A stretch of DNA of 64,000 nucleotides, taken from assembly GCA_027623315.1 (NCBI GenBank), contig JAQBYD010000002.1, positions 52,140 to 116,139 on the forward strand, read 5' to 3'. This document shows, piece by piece, positions 19,901 through 29,855 of this stretch. The notes under the pieces are model-generated. The model was not told the DNA's origin, did no database searches, and worked only from the letters and a program-made list of their open reading frames with translations. The position numbers and the translations under genes were made by a program. The first letter of the stretch is position 1, and every line of letters starts with the position of its first letter. Source of the stretch: Verrucomicrobiota bacterium (GTDB lineage: Bacteria; Verrucomicrobiota; Kiritimatiellia; CAJWTS01).

Positions 19901-21739
19901 TCAGATCGCGTATTGCTGAATGACGTTCTTTTCCTTCAAGAGCTGGCACACCTGCTTGACCGCCTGTTTCGTGTCGGGGTTGGCGTCCAGCATTAGTGCC
20001 GACTCATATTTCCCAAACGAAGAATCACCCATATTCACGACGAGAACTTCGTTGGGTTGATTCAGCAGCTCGAGCGCCTCAACCTCGTAGTCATCCGCGT
20101 CCGTCACGGCCGTAATGAATATCTGTCCTGAATCGGTGAAGATTCGCGCAAGCTCGCCGAGGCGTCGAATATGCTCCATTCGAAACTCGGAGCCCACATC
20201 CGAATCCAATCCCGAGACCAGGTTCGCAGTCTGAAAATAGTACACCTTGAAGTTGGCGTAAAACAGCCTCTTCTCAAGGGCCCGCGCGAGCTCTTCCTTG
20301 CCGACTCCGACAGCGCCGGTCAAGACGACCATCTTGGCGCCGTGGTGGTAGATCGACGCGCGCTCCTGCGGGGCGATATCGCCGGTCCGCCACGAGAACT
20401 CGCGCGCCTGGATGTGCTCCTTGAGGGTCGAATCATCGGAGATGACGCTCTCGAGAATGATGCCGGCACCTGCGATTTCATGATTGTCCACGATCACCGC
20501 GCGCCCCGTCGGCGCAATCTCGTTTTCGAGGTCGAATGCCGTGGGTTTGGGCGTCTCGAGGATGCATTCAGCCACGTCATGCCGGTCGATCTGATTCTTG
20601 GTCGTGACGGTTGTCAGTTCGGATGCGTCCAGCACATGGATCACCTCCACCAGTTTGACCGGACTGCGCAGACCACCGACCTTCAGCTTGTAGGTCTTGC
20701 CCGTGACCATCGGGGCCTTGCCCATCCAGAAGAGGTTGACGCGCATGCGCGTCGATACATGCGGCTGTTGTTCGTCGGCGCGCACCATCAGTTCGCCGCG
20801 GTGCGCATAGATCTGTTCGGTTAGCGTGAAACCAACGACTTCGCCGGCAGATGCCGACGTCCGGTCCGGCGTATTGAAGAGTTCGATCGATTGGATCCGC
20901 GATCGCTTGCCCGACGGATGGAAGATCACCTCGTCGTCGACATTCAGCGTGCCCGTCGTGATGCGCCCGGCTACGAACCGTCGGTCGTCGCCCTGTTCGG
21001 TGAACTTGTAGATGTCCTGCACCGGGTAGCGGAACGGGAAGTCGACCAGGTCCTGCGGTTCGTCGAATCCGTCGATCTGATCCAGCACCGTGGGGCCGTC
21101 GTACCAGGGCATCGCCTCGGAGCGCCGCGCGATGTTGTCTCCATTGACGGCGCTGACGGGAATGTAGCTTACGGGTACCACGTTGATCTCGGTCAGGAAG
21201 TCCGTGTAGTCGGATTGGATCTGCTTGAAGTGATCTTCGCTGTGATCGACGAGGTCCATCTTGTTCACGATCACGCTGATCTGCCGGATGCCGAGCATGG
21301 AGACCATGAACCCGTGTCGCTTGGAGTTTTCCTGGATGCCCTCGCGGGCATCGATCACAATCGTGGCCGCCGCCGCTCGCGCAGCGCCGGTGATCATGTT
21401 CTTCAAGAACTCGATATGTCCCGGGGCGTCGATCAGAATGTATGGCCGCTTTTTCGTCCGGAAGAAGCAACGCGCCGTGTCGATCGTGATCCCCTGCGAA
21501 CGCTCGTCCTTGAGCGCATCGAGCAGAAATGCGTATTCAAATGGCTTGGCGTTGCGGCGGCACATCTCGCGGACCTGGTCGAGCTTGCCCTTTGGCAGCG
21601 CATCGGTGTCGGCCAGCAGGCGTCCGATCACGGTGCTCTTTCCATGATCGACATGGCCGATCATGACAATGCTCATGGTTCGTTCCTGTTCGGGAACGAC
21701 GGCCACGGGCGTGCTTTCCTGTTCAAGCGTGGTTGTCAT
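19901..21739 (-). CDS. cysNC: Bifunctional sulfate adenylyltransferase large subunit CysN fused to an APS-kinase-like C-terminal domain
   Basis: GTPase motifs [18 protein letters not shown]. The C-terminal about 180 aa align to adenylylsulfate kinase but the P-loop reads GAVGVGKEE instead of GxSGxGKS[TS]. Confidence 0.85.
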   Translation of the reverse strand: MTTTLEQESTPVAVVPEQERTMSIVMIGHVDHGKSTVIGRLLADTDALPKGKLDQVREMCRRNAKPFEYAFLLDALKDERSQGITIDTARCFFRTKKRPYILIDAPGHIEFLKNMITGAARAAAATIVIDAREGIQENSKRHGFMVSMLGIRQISVIVNKMDLVDHSEDHFKQIQSDYTDFLTEINVVPVSYIPVSAVNGDNIARRSEAMPWYDGPTVLDQIDGFDEPQDLVDFPFRYPVQDIYKFTEQGDDRRFVAGRITTGTLNVDDEVIFHPSGKRSRIQSIELFNTPDRTSASAGEVVGFTLTEQIYAHRGELMVRADEQQPHVSTRMRVNLFWMGKAPMVTGKTYKLKVGGLRSPVKLVEVIHVLDASELTTVTTKNQIDRHDVAECILETPKPTAFDLENEIAPTGRAVIVDNHEIAGAGIILESVISDDSTLKEHIQAREFSWRTGDIAPQERASIYHHGAKMVVLTGAVGVGKEELARALEKRLFYANFKVYYFQTANLVSGLDSDVGSEFRMEHIRRLGELARIFTDSGQIFITAVTDADDYEVEALELLNQPNEVLVVNMGDSSFGKYESALMLDANPDTKQAVKQVCQLLKEKNVIQQYAI

Positions 21740-21978
21740 TGTCGTGTTCTCACCTCGAGTACTCCCCGACTCTATCTCAATTCCAAAACTACCTTGCGCA
21801 GCCTCTGGAGTGCGGCGACCTGGCGCCGCTCTGGCTTCGCTCGCATCTTCACCTTGTTCTTGCCTTCAATCGTTGGTCGCGGACCTCTCTCGTTCCAGGG
21901 CTTAAACCAGTCGTACCCAGAGCGCCGTCAGGCCGGCGCACTCCAGGGAGTCGCTATCGCGACTCGTGTTGCTGAATC

Positions 21979-22866
21979 CTACATATATCCGTCGCGACGC
22001 AAGGTCTCCAATCCGCCTTCATCTTCTTTGTCCTGTGCGCGCCCGGAGCGTTCCGCAATGTTGGAGAACTTTCCGCCGCGCAACTCCTCGACAATCTCAC
22101 TGACATTCGTGGCGGTGGAGTCCACGGGGGTCGTGCAGGGATAGCATCCCAGGGATCGGTAGCGCTTGCCTTCTCCCTGGTCGAAATAGAGGGGCGTAAT
22201 CGGGATATTCTCGCGCTCAATGTATTCCCATATATTCAGTTCGGTCCAGTCCAGCAGGGGATGCACACGCACATGCGTGCCGGGCGCGAAGTCGGTCTTG
22301 TACTGGTCGAACAACTCGGGCGGTTGGTCCGAGACATCCCAGTCGTTCTCCTTGTCGCGCGGGGAGAAATAGCGCTCCTTGGAGCGACTGCCTTCCTCGT
22401 CCGCGCGGGCGCCGACGATGACGCCGGTGTACGGATCCTGGTTCTCGTCCGTGACGTATTTTTCGAGTTCATGGTCCAGGCGTTGGCGTGGCCACTCGCC
22501 CGACAGGGTATGCTTGAGCGCTTCGCTCTTGAGCGCCTTGCAGCACTCGAGGCGCGAGAGTTTGCCGGAGGGAAACGTGTCTCCGCGCGCCAGGGCTTTG
22601 GTGTTCTGTCCAACGATCATGTTCAGGTTCCATTCCAGCGCGAGGCGGTCGCGGTACTCGATCATCTCGGGAATCTTGAAACTGGTATCGATATGCACGA
22701 GCGGAATCGGGCAGTGCCCAAAGAAGGCCTTGCGCGTCAGCCAGAGCAATACCGTACTGTCCTTACCAATCGACCAGAGCATCACCAGGCTCTTGAACTC
22801 CCGGTACGCCTCGCGAAGCACATGGACACTCTGCGCTTCCAATCTCTCTAAATGATCCATCGCCAT
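21979..22866 (-). CDS. cysD: Sulfate adenylyltransferase small subunit CysD
   Basis: PAPS-reductase/ATP-PPase fold with SIGKDS motif (…[14 protein letters not shown]…) and the conserved CysD C-terminus. Confidence 0.9.
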   Translation of the reverse strand: MAMDHLERLEAQSVHVLREAYREFKSLVMLWSIGKDSTVLLWLTRKAFFGHCPIPLVHIDTSFKIPEMIEYRDRLALEWNLNMIVGQNTKALARGDTFPSGKLSRLECCKALKSEALKHTLSGEWPRQRLDHELEKYVTDENQDPYTGVIVGARADEEGSRSKERYFSPRDKENDWDVSDQPPELFDQYKTDFAPGTHVRVHPLLDWTELNIWEYIERENIPITPLYFDQGEGKRYRSLGCYPCTTPVDSTATNVSEIVEELRGGKFSNIAERSGRAQDKEDEGGLETLRRDGYM

Positions 22867-23013
22867 AACCCGTTCTCTTTACCGTTCTCTGCTATTCCAA
22901 GTTCGTAACGCAATCAATGTGTTTGGGCCCGCGAATCACACGAATGGCTGCAAGGGCTGTAGGCCTCTTTCACAACCGATGTCTACAGTAACCTCGTTCC
23001 GTGCAAAACCCAT

Positions 23014-23108
23014 TCGCGTAAATTCGCGTGATTCGTGGGCACCAACTCTTCGCCCAGCGGTTCAAGCTTCTTCCCACTACATTCGAGTCATTCGTGGTTT
23101 CCTCTTCT
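23014..23108. repeat. Short intergenic repeat, family A copy 2
   Basis: attcgcgtaaattcgcgtgattcgtgggcaccaactcttcgcccagcggttcaagcttcttcccactacattcgagtcattcgtggtttcctc. Lies in the 331-bp spacer between cysH and cysD. Confidence 0.8.
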
Positions 23109-23197
23109 CTAATGTCTAAGTTCTCTGCGCCTCCTCTGCGTCTCTGCGTGAGACCCAACGGACGACGAGCGCTCTGCGACTTTCGGGGAGCAATACT

Positions 23198-23917
23198 CTA
23201 TATTCTGAAGTGCAGTCCGCATTCTTTCTGCTCCGGGTTTTCCCACCACCAGCGGCCGGCGCGGAGTTCTTCGCCTTCTTTGATCGCACGTGTGCAGGGC
23301 GCGCATCCGATCGAGGGATAGCCCGCGTCATGCAGTCGATTGTACGGGAGCTTGTGCTTGCGCACGTGATCCCATACCTCCGCATCCGACCACGTGGCCA
23401 GCGGATTCAACTTGATCATATTGCCATGTGCATCGTCAATCTCAACGACGGCGGTTTCAGTGCGCGTCACGCCCTGCGCACGTCGCTGTCCAGTGATCCA
23501 TGCCCGCAGATCCTTCAAGGCGCGACCCAGCGGCTCGACCTTACGGATATGACAGCATTCGTGACGGTTCTCCACGCTCTCGCGAAAGGAATGCGTGCCC
23601 TTCTCGCGCACGAGCGTCTGCACGGCGTCATGCCGCGGAAAGAACCACTCGATCTCGACGTCAAGTTTGCGTGCGACCCGGTCGGCACATTCGTACGTCT
23701 CCTCGTTGAGGCGGCCCGTATCGAGCGCGAAGACGCGCACGTCATCGCGGATCTGCTTCATGAGGTGCAACGCGCAGAGATCCTCCAGGCTGAAGCTGCA
23801 GGCCAGCGCGACATCCGGGCTGTACTCGGACAGACCCCAGCGCAAGACGGCATCGGCATCGTCGCTACCTGTATAGGGCGACGCGCTGTCGGCTGCTTTC
23901 TGTACGGGCTGGCTCAT
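23198..23917 (-). CDS. cysH: Assimilatory adenylylsulfate (APS) reductase, thioredoxin-dependent, Fe-S type
   Basis: CysH fold with the Cys-Cys...Cys-x-x-Cys cluster ligands (RHECCHIRKV, GCAPCTR) and C-terminal ECGLH motif, both typical of APS rather than PAPS reductases. Confidence 0.85.
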   Translation of the reverse strand: MSQPVQKAADSASPYTGSDDADAVLRWGLSEYSPDVALACSFSLEDLCALHLMKQIRDDVRVFALDTGRLNEETYECADRVARKLDVEIEWFFPRHDAVQTLVREKGTHSFRESVENRHECCHIRKVEPLGRALKDLRAWITGQRRAQGVTRTETAVVEIDDAHGNMIKLNPLATWSDAEVWDHVRKHKLPYNRLHDAGYPSIGCAPCTRAIKEGEELRAGRWWWENPEQKECGLHFRI

Positions 23918-23924
23918 ATCATCC

Positions 23925-24353
23925 TTAAATCACGTAAGCGTCGGATTTCTTTCCAGAGCGTTCCTGAATGCGGCGGCACATTTCCTTAATCGTGAGTCCT
24001 TCGAGCGTATCGTGAACGTGCTCCTCGATTTCTTTCCACATCTCCGCAAAGGGGCAGTACTCACCGGCGGCATCACCGTTGTTGGGTAGGGCAGGCCGGC
24101 TCTCGGTGAGCCGCACGATCGCCCCGACGGTGATCTCGGCCGGGGACTGCTGCAAGAAGTAGCCTCCCTTGGGGCCGCGCCGACTTCCCACCACTCCGGC
24201 ATTCTTCAGCGTAATCAAGATCTGCTCCAGAAATTTCACTGGGATTTCCTGCCTCCTGGCGATATGGGCGGTCGAGACCACACCCGCATCCCCATGCTGC
24301 GCCAAGTCCAGCACGGTCTTCAGTGCATATTCCGTTTTCTGCGATACACGCAT
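23925..24353 (-). CDS. Rrf2-family transcriptional regulator (CymR/IscR-like)
   Basis: Start set at MRVSQKTEYALK, the canonical Rrf2 start. Winged-helix region plus a Cys-containing C-terminus. Sits immediately upstream of cysH on the same strand. Confidence 0.75.
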   Translation of the reverse strand: MRVSQKTEYALKTVLDLAQHGDAGVVSTAHIARRQEIPVKFLEQILITLKNAGVVGSRRGPKGGYFLQQSPAEITVGAIVRLTESRPALPNNGDAAGEYCPFAEMWKEIEEHVHDTLEGLTIKEMCRRIQERSGKKSDAYVI

Positions 24354-24546
24354 AAACCCTAGTATTCCGATAAAATTAGTAGGGTATAGTAATCCGGCCT
24401 TTTCCACCTGTCCACACTAAAATTTGAGAGTATTCCGGCCTGAAACGGTAGTTGTACGGGGGTGTAGGCCCAATGCGGGAGGAGAGAAGATTGGACCAGC
24501 CTAGCGCTGCGCGTAGGCTGGTCCATTCCGAACTAACGAGGAACTG

Positions 24547-25959
24547 ATGAGATTTATTCCTGTCCTTTGTATCGCGGTTCTTGCGGGTGCTTTTTATCAC
24601 CCGGTGCGGGAGGCGGGGTTTGTTTACGACGATCTGCCCTACGTTGTTGAGAACCCGGCGGTGCTTTCGCCGACGCTTTCGAACGTCTTCATGGACACCT
24701 TTCCGCCCGGGCGTCCGGATAGCGGACTCTATAGGCCGCTCACGACCCTGAGCCTCGCCGTCGATCGGCTGCTCCCCTCGTTCGGCATGGAGCACGCCTT
24801 TGTTGCACATGCCCATAACGTGATGCTCCACGTTGCCGTCTGCGCTCTGCTCTACCTCCTGCTCACGCGGCTTACGGGTGGCGTGCCCGCGTTGATGGGC
24901 GCGGGTCTGTATGCCGTGCATCCCGTCCTGACCGAAAGCGTCGCATGGGTCAGCGGTCGATCCGAGATCCTTGTCGGGCTCTGCTGTCTGCTTGGGGTGG
25001 GGTGCATGATCTGGCCCGGAGTGCGCGACGCGTATCGTGCCGCGGGCCTTGCCTTGATCACCCTCTGCGCACTGCTGTGCAAAGAATCCGCGATCATGCT
25101 GCCATTCATCTGGTTGGCGGCCGCGCGTGTCTTGCGCAAGGAGTGCCTCCATCTCGATCGCCCCGTACGGGTCCTCGTGCCCGCACTGGTGGTCGCCGCT
25201 GCCGCGCTGGTGCTGCGCCTGCTCATCGCGGGCGGGTTGTCGCCCGAGGTGCGTACCTTCGCCGGAATTGAATCCGCCACGCGCTACCGGATCGTCTTCA
25301 TGACGCTCTTTCGATACGCGCAGCTCGTCGTCTGCCCGATCAATCAGACCGTGCATTGGCCGCCGTATCCCATGGAAATCGCCCGGCTGCAGGTCCTCGC
25401 CGGAGTGGCCTTGACCTTGCTGGGTGTGACCACCGCGGCGATCGGCCTCGCGCGCCGCCGTGTCTGGGGACTCGGCGCCGCCTGGTTCCTGCTCGCGCTC
25501 TTGCCGGCGAGCAATCTGATCCTTCCGATCGGCACGATCATGGCCGAACGCTTCCTATATCTACCGACCATGGGGGCGGCAATCGCCCTCTCAGCGCTCG
25601 TCGCGCAGCGTTGGCCACGCTGCGGCCCGCGCTGCAGGGCAGTCACCATGGCATGCGTGGCGGTTATTACGTTGGTCGCGGGAGCCGCGACCTTCAAGCG
25701 TGCCGCGGCCTGGCGCGACGAGGTTAGCCTCTGGCGCGCGGGGATGCAGGCCTATCCGGATGACCTCGTATCGCAAGTAGCGGCGGCGTTCTATCTCGCG
25801 AAGCAGGGAGACGACGCCTCCTTCGCCGATCTGCAACAGTGGTGGCCGGGTATCCTCGATAATCTCCCCGGCCGCGGTGTCATCCCACCCAAAATCGCCG
25901 CACGCATCGAGTGGGTTCAGCTAGAACTGATGCGCTACGAAGCACGAAGATCGAGATGA
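24547..25959 (+). CDS. Polytopic membrane protein, TMTC/DUF1736-like GT-C-type putative glycosyltransferase without TPR domain
   Basis: More than 10 predicted TM segments and the DUF1736-like motif MAERFLYLPTMG. Confidence 0.45.
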   Translation: MRFIPVLCIAVLAGAFYHPVREAGFVYDDLPYVVENPAVLSPTLSNVFMDTFPPGRPDSGLYRPLTTLSLAVDRLLPSFGMEHAFVAHAHNVMLHVAVCALLYLLLTRLTGGVPALMGAGLYAVHPVLTESVAWVSGRSEILVGLCCLLGVGCMIWPGVRDAYRAAGLALITLCALLCKESAIMLPFIWLAAARVLRKECLHLDRPVRVLVPALVVAAAALVLRLLIAGGLSPEVRTFAGIESATRYRIVFMTLFRYAQLVVCPINQTVHWPPYPMEIARLQVLAGVALTLLGVTTAAIGLARRRVWGLGAAWFLLALLPASNLILPIGTIMAERFLYLPTMGAAIALSALVAQRWPRCGPRCRAVTMACVAVITLVAGAATFKRAAAWRDEVSLWRAGMQAYPDDLVSQVAAAFYLAKQGDDASFADLQQWWPGILDNLPGRGVIPPKIAARIEWVQLELMRYEARRSR

Positions 25960-26059
25960 GTTAACGGGCCCACGAATCCTTAGTCTTGTGCGACCTCGCG
26001 TCGGCTTATCCAGGTCTTCGCCGGGTGATCCCGGGTTGCACGCGGGTGCGTCTCGGCCT

Positions 26060-26344
26060 ATGCTTCTCTCTGGAATGAGCGTTCTTCTTCTCATGTTGGT
26101 TGTGCTGGTCGCATTTGGCCTCTGCTTCGCGGCTATGGCTGTGGGCGTACTGATCCGTGGCCGTGCGATGCGCGGCGGCTGCAGCAGCGACCCCGTGATC
26201 GACGACGATGGACGCCTCGCATCCTGCGGCGTCTGCCCTAAGAAAGAAATCAGTCTCTGCGAGACCGACGACGAAACCGGCCTCGCCGGCGTAGCCAGCC
26301 TCTCCACCCTCGGCCGCTTCGACTCCACCCACGACAAGCACTAA
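26060..26344 (+). CDS. Small membrane protein resembling (Na+)-NQR maturation factor NqrM (DUF539)
   Basis: Single TM helix (VLLLMLVVLVAFGLCFAAMAVGVLI) followed by a Cys-rich tail GGCSSDP…SCGVCPKK…LCE. Sits directly upstream of apbE. Start uncertain (Met at 26060 or 26075; the listed ORF starts at 25988). Confidence 0.4.
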   Translation: MLLSGMSVLLLMLVVLVAFGLCFAAMAVGVLIRGRAMRGGCSSDPVIDDDGRLASCGVCPKKEISLCETDDETGLAGVASLSTLGRFDSTHDKH

Positions 26345-26627
26345 ATCGTGGACACCCCGAACCCGGCAACCACGAATTGCACGAATACCGACGGTCCCGG
26401 TGCAGCACGATGCAGAGCGGCGCCGGGTCGCCGCACTCCAGAGGAGTTTCCCGGCGTTCTGGATCGCCGCTGCCGCTCTGCTCCCTGAAGCTGGCAGCCT
26501 GAGTCGCGGCAGCGACTCTCTGGAATGCGCTGGCCTGACAGCGCTCTACTATGGTCGCGTATACGCCCCGGAGAAACTCCACCAGATAGGCGTCGTCTTG
26601 CAGAGCGTTTCCTTGTACGGTCCCGGC

Positions 26628-27695
26628 ATGCGTGAACCTTCTGAATTTAATTTACGCAAGACGCTGATCCTGGGAGCGATTGTGCTCGGACTGATCGTCT
26701 GGGCCTGTCTGCGCCGCCCAGCGACCGATGGCGAGCATGTGCGCTTCGGGGGCGAGACGATGGGCACGTACTACATCGTCAAGCTACCCCGCTGTCCGCT
26801 GCGCAAGGCGAAGCTTGTCGAAGCACAATCCGCGGTCGAAGACGTGCTCGCCCAGGTCAACCGCGCGATGTCGACCTGGGATCCCGCGAGCGAGATCTCG
26901 CGCTTGAATGATCAGGACGATCAATCCTCCGTCGCCATTTCAGCCGGCTTCGCCGAGGTACTCGCATGCGCGCTCGAACTGGCCAATGCGTCCGGCGGCG
27001 CATTCGACCCGACCCTGGGGCCCCTGATCGATCTCTGGGGATTCGGCGCGACGGACCAACGGATCCGCGCGCCGGCGCAGGAGGCGGTCGATCAAGCGCT
27101 CGCCCAGGTCGGCGCGCAGCATCTGCAACTGGATGAGCTGGCCGTTACAAAGACGCAGGCTCCGCTGCGCTTGAATCTGAGCGCCGTCGCGAAAGGATAC
27201 GGCGTGGATCGCGTCGCCAGCGCACTGCGTGACGCGGGGGTCAGCGAGTACATGGTCGACATCGGCGGCGAAGTCGTCGTCGCGGGCAAGAATCCGCAGG
27301 GCCTGCCGTGGCGGCTGCGCATCGAGGTCCCCGAGTACGGCGCGATGCCGGGCGAGGGAGCGAAGTTTGCCGAGATCCTGGTCGAGAACTGCGCGATCGC
27401 CGGATCCGGCGACTACCGGAACTACTTTGAGGACGACGGACGGATCTATTCCCACATCATCGATCCGCGCACGGGCTATCCGATCACGAACGGAGTGTCC
27501 GGTGTCACGGTCATCGCGAAGCGCTGCATGGTCGCCGATGGCCTCGCGACATGCTTAATGGTGATGGACCCCGCCGAAGGACTCGCCCTGCTCAAACGTT
27601 ATCCCGGCGCTGAAGCCCTGATCCTGCAGCGCACCGCATCAGGATTACAGGCGCACAAAAGCCCCGGCTTCGACGCCTACGTCGCTGCGGAGTAG
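26628..27695 (+). CDS. apbE: FAD:protein FMN transferase (ApbE family) with N-terminal membrane anchor
   Basis: ApbE-like motifs (GAFDPTLGPLIDLWGFG, AIAGSGDYRNYFEDDGRIYSHIIDPRTGYP). Start moved to Met 26628 (MREPSEF…TLILGAIVLGLIVWAC). Confidence 0.8.
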   Translation: MREPSEFNLRKTLILGAIVLGLIVWACLRRPATDGEHVRFGGETMGTYYIVKLPRCPLRKAKLVEAQSAVEDVLAQVNRAMSTWDPASEISRLNDQDDQSSVAISAGFAEVLACALELANASGGAFDPTLGPLIDLWGFGATDQRIRAPAQEAVDQALAQVGAQHLQLDELAVTKTQAPLRLNLSAVAKGYGVDRVASALRDAGVSEYMVDIGGEVVVAGKNPQGLPWRLRIEVPEYGAMPGEGAKFAEILVENCAIAGSGDYRNYFEDDGRIYSHIIDPRTGYPITNGVSGVTVIAKRCMVADGLATCLMVMDPAEGLALLKRYPGAEALILQRTASGLQAHKSPGFDAYVAAE

Positions 27696-28997
27696 AGCGC
27701 GCAGAACTCGTCGTCTGCAACCGGATTGACAGTGGCGGACCCAGCGTGTTCGGGCATGATTGAATTGACCGCAAGGAGCACAGACCTGCCCGCCCCGCAC
27801 GGGCGCGGCGTAGCCTTGCCGCACGTGGGGCAGGCGGGGATCGCAAGGAGCGTCGTAACCGCGAGAAGCAATCTTTGCATTCTCTCGCGTTCTTTGCGGT
27901 CACTCGTCCACTTACTCCAACACTTACTCCTGCTCGCATGTCCTTACATCTGATAATCACGCAGCATCGAGCCCGATTCGACCCAGGCCCCGGAGGCTAT
28001 TTCAGGCTGGCGCCTGGATAGCCTCAGTGCAATCAGTTGAACTGACCGCGGACGACGAGCCAAACCAATTCGAGAATCCCGCCGCGGCGGGATCGAGAAC
28101 TACACTCGAGCACGGTGCACTTATTACTCCGGCGGCTGGGACATCCGCCCTCCAGGGCCTGCACGATTTCCCCGGTCTTGGAGGGCGGGCGTCCCGACCG
28201 CCGCTTGAACAGCCGTGTCTTCGTGGCTAATCCCTCTCCCGCCACGATCCGCAGAACTCGTCGTCTGCGACCAGATTAGCCACGGAGACACCGAGACACG
28301 GAGACGGACACGGAGATGGCACAGAATTCCTGATCCTGCGCTGGAGTTTCCAGTGTCTGAACGGGGATCTATGACGCAGAATCAAAAATTCTGAGCCACG
28401 CTTTGCCTGGAGAACACGGAGGAGGATGAGCTCTCCATCGAATCGCCTGCCTCGGCGAGGGACATAGATGGACTTGGCAATGTCTTCGGGATGGACCGTT
28501 TGCCTCAGTTAGTTATCCACCACGGCGAAACAGAGCGCGCCGTCGAGAGATGCGATCGCGAGCGCGCCGTAGGAAATGGTCATGTTCAGCTTGAGTGCCG
28601 TCTCGTATCGTGCCGCGTCGGCGTCACCACACGGGGTAATCAGTTGCACCATCGGAAGGCCGTGCGAGTCCTTGCCGGAGACATCGATCCAGACCTGCTG
28701 GCTCCGTTGCTCGGACACCGAACGCCTTCGTTGCGGTCCTGTAGAATCGGCAGTAGCAGATCGATCATCGACACGCCCTCCCCGGCGACGGCGTCGATAG
28801 TGCTGGAACGGGTCCGGATGCTGCGGAGTCCGTGGCGGATTTCGTCACTGTTCATCAATATCCTCGTCTCATGCCCGTTTACGTCTTCCCGCGAATAGGA
28901 TCCCGGTTCGCAGTGCATTCAACTCAATTTACGTTTCCCCGACGGCCGATTTCCGTGTGGCTATGAACCGGGATCACATAGAATATTCAGTTTCCAC

Positions 28998-29855
28998 TTG
29001 CCGGTATCCTCCAGACCACATATTCACCAAGCCGCAGGCATGGCCCACATACCGAATGGCGCGACCGAGGGATTGATTCTGTCCCAAACACGCCCAAACT
29101 ACGTGCCATTCGCCAATAGCACCATGTTCAGCGCGAGAGCCACCACACCGGAACTAATGGACGATCCGTCCATTGATGAACTCGAACTGCACCAAACCCT
29201 TCGCCAACTCGAGTTTCTAAATCGAGTCAGCGGTGCTTACCGGCCCACGCTGGATGCGCTCACGGAACTGGCGACGCACCGTGACGCGGGAGACGCCCCG
29301 TTACGGATCGTGGATATCGGCTCTGGGCGCGGAGATCTCCTTCGGCGCGTGCATCGGTGGGCGGAGGGCGAGTCCATCGCGGTCGAGTGCATCGGCGTTG
29401 ACCTCAATCCGGTGGCGGCGAGTGCCGCTGCCTCGGCCACGTCTGCTGACGCGCCGATCCGCTTTGTTACGGCGGACGTGCTGCAGTACAGCCCGGATCA
29501 TGCGGTGGACATCGTGATCAACTCGCTCTTTGCACATCACCTGTCGGATGCGGAGCTGACCAGGGCTATGGCATGGATGTGCGAGCATTCCCGCATCGGC
29601 TGGCATATCAATGATCTGCATCGGCATCGCGTGTCCTATTGGCTGCTGCGCATCTTGCTACCGGTCTTGCGCTTCAACCGGCTGATCCGGCACGACGCGC
29701 CCGTATCCGTTCTGCGCGGATTTTCGCGGGATGATTGGGGCCCGTTGCTCGCGGGGGCAGGGGTTAGTGAGCGGGATGTGCGTGTGAGACGAACTTTCCC
29801 CTTTCGGTGGAGCGTGCTGTGGATCAGGCCGGAAGGGGCTTCTGATGAAAGGTAG
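28998..29855 (+). CDS. Class I SAM-dependent methyltransferase
   Basis: Motif I VDIGSGRGDL and post-I acidic residue (GVDLNP). True start probably the internal Met at MFSARATTPELMDD. Confidence 0.6.
   Translation: MPVSSRPHIHQAAGMAHIPNGATEGLILSQTRPNYVPFANSTMFSARATTPELMDDPSIDELELHQTLRQLEFLNRVSGAYRPTLDALTELATHRDAGDAPLRIVDIGSGRGDLLRRVHRWAEGESIAVECIGVDLNPVAASAAASATSADAPIRFVTADVLQYSPDHAVDIVINSLFAHHLSDAELTRAMAWMCEHSRIGWHINDLHRHRVSYWLLRILLPVLRFNRLIRHDAPVSVLRGFSRDDWGPLLAGAGVSERDVRVRRTFPFRWSVLWIRPEGASDER

Noticed and set aside
23028-23385. Small ORFs in the cysH-cysD spacer and over the family-A repeats
   Set aside because: They overlap the repeat element and have no domain features. More likely non-coding or regulatory sequence.
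27900-28000. tRNA, tmRNA or SRP RNA in the gene-poor region and other spacers
   Set aside because: No GGTTCGANTCC-type T-loop with an acceptor stem, no tmRNA tag-peptide or 3' CCA-proximal pattern, and no SRP domain IV motif found by eye. The match cccgattcgacc lacks supporting cloverleaf structure. A covariance search is needed for certainty.
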